DNA from: Acidobacteriota bacterium
Lineage (GTDB): Bacteria; Acidobacteriota; Thermoanaerobaculia; Gp7-AA8
Assembly (NCBI GenBank): GCA_019244185.1
Contig: JAFATB010000019.1
Location: forward strand, 96,001-160,000
Direction: 5' to 3'
Length of the DNA stretch: 64,000 nucleotides
A model generated the notes under the pieces. It was not told the DNA's origin. It saw only the letters and a list, made by a program, of their open reading frames with translations, and ran no database searches. The number at the start of each line of letters is the position of its first letter. Positions within the stretch are counted from its first letter, which is position 1. Below are positions 57,834 to 64,000 of the stretch, piece after piece. A program made the position numbers and the translations under genes.

Positions 57834-59128
57834 CAATCGACCGCCCATGCTCCCGATTTGCGCGCCTCGAGCGCGCGATAACCGATGTCGCGCCGGTAGC
57901 GCGCACCTTCGAACCGCACTTTCGGCGCGGCTTCATACACTTTCGCCAGCGCCTCGGACAGCGACGCCGCGCGCGCGCAGACGCTGACGACGCGCCCCGC
58001 CTGATTCACGAGCTTTCCGCCGCGCTTCACGACGCCGGCGTGGAAGACGACCACCGAGTCGTCGGCGATCGGATCGAACTCCACTTCCTGCCCTTTCGGG
58101 AAATCGTCGGGATAGCCGTCGACCGCGATCACGACGCACGCCGCCGCTTCCTTCCGGAAGTTCAGCGCCTTGAGGTCACCCAGGTTGCCGCGCGCGACGC
58201 GCAGGCAGACCTCCGCGAGATCGTCGTCGAGTCGCAGCATCTGCACCTGCGTCTCCGGATCGCCGAAGCGGCAGTTGTACTCGAGGACGCGCGGACCGTT
58301 CGCCGTGAGCATGAGCCCCGCGTACAGCACGCCGGTGTAAGGCCGTCCTTCCGCCTCCATGCCTTGCAGCGTGGGCAGAATGACGGAGCTCATGATGTCG
58401 GCAGCGGTGGAAGCGCCAAGGACCACGGCGGGCGAATGCGCGCCCATCCCGCCGGTATTCGGGCCGGTGTCGCCGTCGAACGCCTTCTTGTAATCCTTCA
58501 CCGGCGCGAGCGGCAGCGCCTTCTTGCCGTCGGTGACGACGATGAACGACACCTCTTCGCCGGCGAGGAACTCCTCGACGAGGATGCGCGTGGCCGCGGT
58601 GCCGAACTTCTTCTCCTCGAACACCATGTGCAGGTATTCGTCGGCCTCGCGCGCGGACTCCACGATCACGACGCCCTTGCCGGCGGCGAGGCCGTCGACC
58701 TTCAGCACGGCGGGGTACTTGGTCTGCTTCAGCGCCGCCTTCGCCTCGTCGACGGAGTTGCAGGTCCACGCCGCGGCGGTGGGGATGTCGTACTTGCGCA
58801 TGAAGTCTTTCGAGAAGACTTTCGAGCCTTCGAGCTCCGCGGCGAGGCGCGTGGGGCCGAAGATGGCCAGGCCGCGCTTCTGGAACTCGTCGACGATGCC
58901 GAGGGTGAGCGGGAGCTCCGGGCCGACGACGGTGAGATCCATCTTCAGCTTCTCGGCGAAGTCGGCCAGCTCGACGATGTCCGCCACGCCGATCTGGACG
59001 CAATCGGCCACGGAGGCGATTCCGGCGTTGCCCGGCGCGGCGTAGAGCTCGTGCACGAGCGGCGACTGCTTGAGTTTCCAGCAGAGCGCGTGTTCGCGCG
59101 CGCCCTGTCCCACGACCAGCACTCGCAT
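57833..59128 (-). CDS. purD: Phosphoribosylamine-glycine ligase
   Basis: GQGAREHAL, APGNAG, VVGPE, LEGSK, KVDGLAAGKGV, GPNTGGMGA, EYNCRFGDPE. Confidence 0.96.
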   Translation of the reverse strand: MRVLVVGQGAREHALCWKLKQSPLVHELYAAPGNAGIASVADCVQIGVADIVELADFAEKLKMDLTVVGPELPLTLGIVDEFQKRGLAIFGPTRLAAELEGSKVFSKDFMRKYDIPTAAAWTCNSVDEAKAALKQTKYPAVLKVDGLAAGKGVVIVESAREADEYLHMVFEEKKFGTAATRILVEEFLAGEEVSFIVVTDGKKALPLAPVKDYKKAFDGDTGPNTGGMGAHSPAVVLGASTAADIMSSVILPTLQGMEAEGRPYTGVLYAGLMLTANGPRVLEYNCRFGDPETQVQMLRLDDDLAEVCLRVARGNLGDLKALNFRKEAAACVVIAVDGYPDDFPKGQEVEFDPIADDSVVVFHAGVVKRGGKLVNQAGRVVSVCARAASLSEALAKVYEAAPKVRFEGARYRRDIGYRALEARKSGAWAVD

Positions 59129-59203
59129 GTCTGCTCCCGATTGTAACGGGGAAGCGCGAAGTCTCTCTAGACGTTTCCCGAACAGCCCCCGTACAAAGGG
59201 GCG

Positions 59204-59821
59204 ATGTCCGCGGAACTCCACGTGATGATGCCGACGACACCCAGCGTCGAACCAGACGATCGCCAGCTCGTGCAGACGATCCGCGAGGGCGACGCCGACG
59301 CCTTCGAACTGCTCGTGCGCCGCAAGACCTCCAAGGTCTACGCGCTCTGCTACCGCATCATCGGCAACGGCGAGGACGCGAAGGACATCGCGCAGCTGGT
59401 CTTCATCAAGCTCTGGGAGAACCTCGAAAAGTACGACGCGAGCTACGCCTTCGACACGTGGCTCTACCGCATGGTCACGAACGTGGCCATCGACTTCATG
59501 CGCAACCGCCAGTCGCGCGAGAATGCCGTGAACTCGAACCTGCGCCTCGTGAAGACCGCCGCCGACGCCGAACAGACCGTCGTCGTGCAGCGGAAGGAAG
59601 TCGAGCATGTCTTCAACGACATCTCCGACGTCCTCTCCCCGAAGCAGAAGACGATCTTCGTCATGAATCAGATGGACGACCTTCCTTCCGCCGAGATCGC
59701 GAAGATCCTCGGCTGCCGCGAGTCGACGGTGCGCAATCACCTCTTCAACGCGCGCAAGCTGATGCAGCAGCAGCTGCAGAAGCGCTATCCCGAATACGCG
59801 CAGCTGTGGAGGGAGCGATGA
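59204..59821 (+). CDS. ECF RNA polymerase sigma factor
   Basis: EDAKDIAQLVFIKLW, FDTWLYRMVTN, EIAKILGCRESTVRNHLFNARK. Confidence 0.92.
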   Translation: MSAELHVMMPTTPSVEPDDRQLVQTIREGDADAFELLVRRKTSKVYALCYRIIGNGEDAKDIAQLVFIKLWENLEKYDASYAFDTWLYRMVTNVAIDFMRNRQSRENAVNSNLRLVKTAADAEQTVVVQRKEVEHVFNDISDVLSPKQKTIFVMNQMDDLPSAEIAKILGCRESTVRNHLFNARKLMQQQLQKRYPEYAQLWRER

Positions 59822-60345
59822 TCTCCTGCGAGGCGTTCCGCACCCGTTTTCACGCGTCGACCGAAGACCCGTCGCTGCTCGACCATCTGCGCGCGTGCGA
59901 CCGCTGCCTCGACTTCGCCGTCGACGTCGATCCGGACGTCCTCTTCCGCTCCCTCGGCGGCGCGGAGCTGGTGCCTCCCGGCGGTGTCGACGCGTTCGTC
60001 AGCGATGTGATGCGCCAAGTGCGCGTGCGCGACGCGGAGACGGCTGCCGCCGCGCGGCACCGCGTCATCAGCTGGCCGCGCCGTCTGGCCATCGCCGCGA
60101 CGATCGCCGCCGGCCTCACCGGCACGCTGCTGACGTATCGTGCGAATGCGCCAACCGTTGCGCCGCAGCCGATCGCGCGTATCGCGCACGCGAGCGCACC
60201 CGTCGCGGCGAAGGCGCTGGTGACGAAACCCGTGGTGGAAACGTATGACTCTCAGAATGCGACGATCGTCGAAGTACCCGGCGAATCATCCGATGACGTC
60301 AAGGTCGTGATGATCTTCGACGAGAATCTCCCGGCGGATTTATGA
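59818..60345 (+). CDS. Zinc-binding anti-sigma factor (ZAS) with TM
   Basis: C...HLRACDRC (HxxxCxxC); TM; ATGA overlap. Confidence 0.8.
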   Translation: MISCEAFRTRFHASTEDPSLLDHLRACDRCLDFAVDVDPDVLFRSLGGAELVPPGGVDAFVSDVMRQVRVRDAETAAAARHRVISWPRRLAIAATIAAGLTGTLLTYRANAPTVAPQPIARIAHASAPVAAKALVTKPVVETYDSQNATIVEVPGESSDDVKVVMIFDENLPADL

Positions 60346-61016
60346 AACGACTTCTGGCTGTAGTGGCGGCGCTGCTCTTTCTCTCCGTCTCCGCGTTTGC
60401 GGAGCCGGCCGAGGTGGGGCGGAGCCTTTCCGTGCGGACGTTCCAGTTCAAGCACAAGCAGGCGGACAAAGCGGCGGCGGTGATCAAGCCGCTCATGAGC
60501 GCGGAAGGGTCGATGTCGATCCAGCCGGCGGCGAACTCGCTCGTCGTCACGGACGCGCCGGAGAACCTCAAGAAGATCGCCGCCGCGCTCGCGGACTTCG
60601 ACTCCGTCGCGCAGCCGTTCCGCCTCTCGATCCGTCTCGTGGCCGCGAGCCGCGTGACCAACGGCACCACGCCGAAGATCACCGATGACGTGAAAGACGT
60701 CGCGCCGAAGCTCGCGCTGCTCCGCTACAACGCGCTCGAAGGTCTCGGTGCCGCCGACGTCGCCGGCAAGGAAGGCGAGCCGGGCGTGGTGGAGCTGAGC
60801 GGCTACCGCGCCGAGTTCAAGTTCGGCGATTACGATCCGGCCAGCGACTCGATCAAAGTCAGCGACTTCAAGTTGTCACGGCTCGAGGGCGATCAGCTTG
60901 CGCCGATGATGAAGACCACTCTCAATCTCAAACTCGGGCAGACCGTGATCATCGGCGCGACCAAACAGCCGCAGAGCCAGCGCGCGCTGATGATCGTCGT
61001 CGCTGCCCGGCGCTGA
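60342..61016 (+). CDS. Secreted protein with Secretin_N-like domain (no secretin barrel)
   Basis: RTFQFKH...LMSAEG...NSLVVTDAPENLKKI....D. Confidence 0.75.
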   Translation: MKRLLAVVAALLFLSVSAFAEPAEVGRSLSVRTFQFKHKQADKAAAVIKPLMSAEGSMSIQPAANSLVVTDAPENLKKIAAALADFDSVAQPFRLSIRLVAASRVTNGTTPKITDDVKDVAPKLALLRYNALEGLGAADVAGKEGEPGVVELSGYRAEFKFGDYDPASDSIKVSDFKLSRLEGDQLAPMMKTTLNLKLGQTVIIGATKQPQSQRALMIVVAARR

Positions 61017-61073
61017 ACAGACGCAGCGCATCCTTTTCTCCTCACTTCGCGCGAAGGGCGCGGCGCACACCGC

Positions 61074-62759
61074 TCACCGTGCGCCGCGCCCGATGGCCGC
61101 CGCGCCGCCGCGCTTCTTCTTCCGCGCCTCGAAGAACTCCACGATCTCGTCGACGTCGCGCGTGTTGAAGATCTCCTTCGCCGACAGTCCCGCCTTCCGC
61201 GCGACGAACGTTCCGGTGATCAGCGCGTTGTACTCGCCGATCGAGTGCGCGTCGGGATGGATGCTGAACATCACGCCGCGGTCGAGCGCGCGTTTCGCGT
61301 GACGCCAGTCGAGATCGAGCCTCCGGGGATTGCCGTTGATCTCGATCATCACGCCGCGCTCGCCGGCTTTCTCGAAGATGCGGTCGTAGTCGACGCTGTA
61401 GCCTTCGCGCGAGAGCAAGAGGCGCCCGGTGAGGTGGCCGATGAACGTGACGTGAGGATCGTCGAGCGCGTTCAGGATGCGCTCGGTCATCGCGTCGCGA
61501 TCCATCTTGAACTGCGAGTGCACGGAGGCGATGACGAAGTCGAACTTCGACAGGACTTTCTTCCCGTAGTCCATCGTGCCGTCGGGGAGGATGTCCGCTT
61601 CGGTGCCGCGGAAGACGCGCATCGGCGCGACCGACCCCTCCTGCCGCGCGATCTCCGCGTGCTGCGCGCGCAGCTTGTCTTCGGTGAGGCCGCCCGCGTA
61701 GTACGCGGCGGGTGAATGATCGGAGAGGCCGACATACTCCCAGCCGCGCGCGTGCGCGGCGGAGAGCATCTCCTGCACCGTGTTGCGGCCGTCGGAGAAC
61801 GTGGTGTGGACGTGAAACGTGCCGCGCAGATCGGCGAGCTGCACGAGCTTCGGACGGCGCTTCTTTGCGAGATCGTCGGCGCTCTCGCGGCGTTCGGGCT
61901 CGACGAACGTAAAGCCCGCTTTCTTGAACGCATCGGCTTCTGTTTTGGCTTTGGAAATCGCGCCGAACGCGTCGACGAACTCCTGCGAGCCGGTGGTGCG
62001 CAGCAGCGTCGAGCCGAAGTCGGACGCGCTCGTGAAGTGCAGCAGCACGTCGACCTCGTTGCGCGCGACGCCTTTCCACGTGTCGTCGTCGAGCTGCTCG
62101 AGGTTCGCGATGACGCCGCGCAGTTCGTCGACCACCGCGTCGCGTTTCTTCGTGCTGATGACGACGTTCACGTTGCGGATGACTTCGAGGCGTCGGCGCA
62201 CGCTGCCGGAGACCTCGACCGCGTCGACGCCGCTCATCGCCTCGATGCGCTCGCGCAGCACCTCGCCGATCTCGATGCCGACCGGCAGCAGGAACTGCGA
62301 CTCGCGCTGGCGCGCGAAGCCGATGCCTTTGAGGATCTGCTCGGCCGTCTTCGCGCCGAAGCCTTTGAGCTCCGTGATGCGGCCGTCGCGCGCGGCCGCT
62401 TCCAATTCGTCCAGCGATCCGATGCCGAGCTCCGAGTAGAGCTGGCCGATTTTCTTCAGGCCGAGACGCGGGACGCGCATCAGCTCGAAGATGCCGGCCG
62501 GATATTGCGCGCGCAGCTCCTCCAGGTATCGCGACGAGCCGGTGCGCACGATCTCCTCGACGATCTGCGCGGTGGCTTTGCCGATGCCGGAGATGCCGAG
62601 GAGGCCGCCGGAGGCGACGAGGGCGTCGAGATCGCCTTCAATTTTTTCGACCGCGCGCGCGGCCTTCTCGAACGCGCGCGCGCGGAACGGATTCGGATCG
62701 CTCAGTTCGAGATAGCGGGAGATCTCGTCGAGCGTCTTCGCGACGGTGAATTTATCCAT
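61074..62759 (-). CDS. polX: DNA polymerase X / PHP fusion, polymerase site non-canonical
   Basis: NPFRARAF, HhH motifs (GIGK, GFGAKT), GSVRR; PHP HVHT..DG, SDH, GH.TGR, DAH. Confidence 0.9.
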   Translation of the reverse strand: MDKFTVAKTLDEISRYLELSDPNPFRARAFEKAARAVEKIEGDLDALVASGGLLGISGIGKATAQIVEEIVRTGSSRYLEELRAQYPAGIFELMRVPRLGLKKIGQLYSELGIGSLDELEAAARDGRITELKGFGAKTAEQILKGIGFARQRESQFLLPVGIEIGEVLRERIEAMSGVDAVEVSGSVRRRLEVIRNVNVVISTKKRDAVVDELRGVIANLEQLDDDTWKGVARNEVDVLLHFTSASDFGSTLLRTTGSQEFVDAFGAISKAKTEADAFKKAGFTFVEPERRESADDLAKKRRPKLVQLADLRGTFHVHTTFSDGRNTVQEMLSAAHARGWEYVGLSDHSPAAYYAGGLTEDKLRAQHAEIARQEGSVAPMRVFRGTEADILPDGTMDYGKKVLSKFDFVIASVHSQFKMDRDAMTERILNALDDPHVTFIGHLTGRLLLSREGYSVDYDRIFEKAGERGVMIEINGNPRRLDLDWRHAKRALDRGVMFSIHPDAHSIGEYNALITGTFVARKAGLSAKEIFNTRDVDEIVEFFEARKKKRGGAAAIGRGAR

Positions 62760-62779
62760 ACGCTGACTATGATGACGGA

Positions 62780-63472
62780 ATGCAAGCACGCGACCGTCTC
62801 CATGCCCGTCTGGTAGTGGCTGTCGACGTCTCGCAGCGCGACGACATCCTCCGTCTCGTGGACTCGCTGCACGGCGTGGCGGGCGTGTTCAAGATCGGCC
62901 TGCAGGCGTTCATCGCGAACGGTCCGTCGATCGTGCGCGAGCTCGTCGCGCGCGGCGAGCGCGTGTTCCTCGACCTGAAGATCCACGACATCCCGAACAC
63001 CGCGCAGCACGCGATCGCCGAAGCCGCGGAGCTCGGCGCGTTCATCGCCACCGTGCACACCGCCGGCGGCTCGGCGATGCTGCGCGCGTGCGCGCATGGC
63101 TCTCTCCTCGTCCTCGGCGTCACGATTCTCACGAGCCTCGACGACGCCGCGCTCGCGGAGATCGGCTTTGCGGGCAACGCGGTCGACAACGCCGTGCGCC
63201 TCGCGCGGCTCGCGCGCGCGAGCGGCTTGCGGGGCGTCGTCGCGTCGCCGCACGAGATCGCGCCGATTCGCGAGGCATGCGGCGACGACTTCGTGATCCT
63301 CACACCGGGCATCCGTCCCTCGGGCTCCGATGCCGGCGATCAGCGCCGCACGATGACGCCACGCGAGGCGATCGCCGCGGGCGCCGACTATCTCGTCGTG
63401 GGACGCCCCATCACAGGTGCGGCCGACGCGAGGTCGGCCGCACTGAAGATTCTCGAAGAGATGGACGCTTAA
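62780..63472 (+). CDS. pyrF: Orotidine-5'-phosphate decarboxylase
   Basis: VAVD, FKIG, FLDLKIHDIPNT, VTILTS, TPGIRP, VVGRPIT. Confidence 0.96.
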   Translation: MQARDRLHARLVVAVDVSQRDDILRLVDSLHGVAGVFKIGLQAFIANGPSIVRELVARGERVFLDLKIHDIPNTAQHAIAEAAELGAFIATVHTAGGSAMLRACAHGSLLVLGVTILTSLDDAALAEIGFAGNAVDNAVRLARLARASGLRGVVASPHEIAPIREACGDDFVILTPGIRPSGSDAGDQRRTMTPREAIAAGADYLVVGRPITGAADARSAALKILEEMDA

Positions 63473-64000
63473 CGCACGGAGCGCCGGCGCGGCACCGTGC
63501 AGTTCGAGCCCGGTCCCGGGAAGAAGATGCGCATCGACGCGAACTGGCGGCGATTGTTCAGCGTGTCCGTGCCGATGGCGCGCAGCACGTGCTCGCCGCG
63601 CGGCGTGTTGTCGAGATTCACGCCGATGCGCCAGTTGTCGACCGGCGTCGTGCTGGAGATGTCGGTGCGCGGCGTGCCGCCGATGAGCGCGGGTCCGAGC
63701 GAGGCGTTGTCGAGGAAGAGCTCGACGTTGGTGATCTTCTGCGTGCCGGTGACCCAGCCGTGGATCGACGCGCCGCCGCAGGTGAGGTGCTCGATGCTAT
63801 CCAGCTCGATGCGTCCGGTGACGATGCCGCACGAGCCCCAGCTCTGCAGGCCGGTCGTTTCGCCGATCACGTAAACGTATGGCCCGATGGCGACGGGATT
63901 GTGTTTCACCTCGTCGTCGCTGGTCATGGTCACGTCTTCGTAAAGGCGCTCGACCGAGCCTTCGAGCTGCGGCACGGTGAAGTCGAAGACGTCGAAGGCG
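63469..64000 (-). CDS. Hypothetical protein, 5'-partial, with C-terminal Ig-like domain and PRRRSVR tail
   Basis: Beta-rich GWV..VELFLD..G.HVLRAIGTD; frame is open to the window edge. Confidence 0.65.
   Translation of the reverse strand, partial: AFDVFDFTVPQLEGSVERLYEDVTMTSDDEVKHNPVAIGPYVYVIGETTGLQSWGSCGIVTGRIELDSIEHLTCGGASIHGWVTGTQKITNVELFLDNASLGPALIGGTPRTDISSTTPVDNWRIGVNLDNTPRGEHVLRAIGTDTLNNRRQFASMRIFFPGPGSNCTVPRRRSVR

Overview
This is a high-GC bacterial chromosomal window with about 62 CDS. Gene style suggests Acidobacteriota, probably Thermoanaerobaculia (inference only). I found no prophage, IS transposase or CRISPR array. Housekeeping genes include an IDH/IPMDH-family dehydrogenase, fused AhbAB, lepB, a class A PBP, yitJ, moaA, tmRNA, nadC, cysK, purD, purE, polX and pyrF. 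They are interspersed with signalling modules: a ~9.4 kb FHA/Ser-Thr kinase/PP2C/cyclase/protease cluster, a beta-propeller hybrid kinase, a two-component pair, REC-GGDEF with an Hpt, and two ECF/anti-sigma operons. The most notable signals outside the ORF track are: (1) a leaderless Cys-rich leader peptide with 1:2/2:3/3:4 attenuator pairings upstream of cysK; (2) a SAM-II-like riboswitch with promoter, antiterminator and terminator upstream of yitJ; (3) a shared basic C-terminal P-RRRx(V/I)R(H) tail on three unrelated proteins; (4) repeated acidic-Thr motifs in the FHA cluster; (5) three heptamer-built palindromic elements and one REPIN-like inverted repeat; (6) many apparently leaderless genes; (7) a PolX with Asp-to-Asn catalytic substitutions. 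All calls come from reading motifs by eye, with no database searches. Start codons are best estimates.
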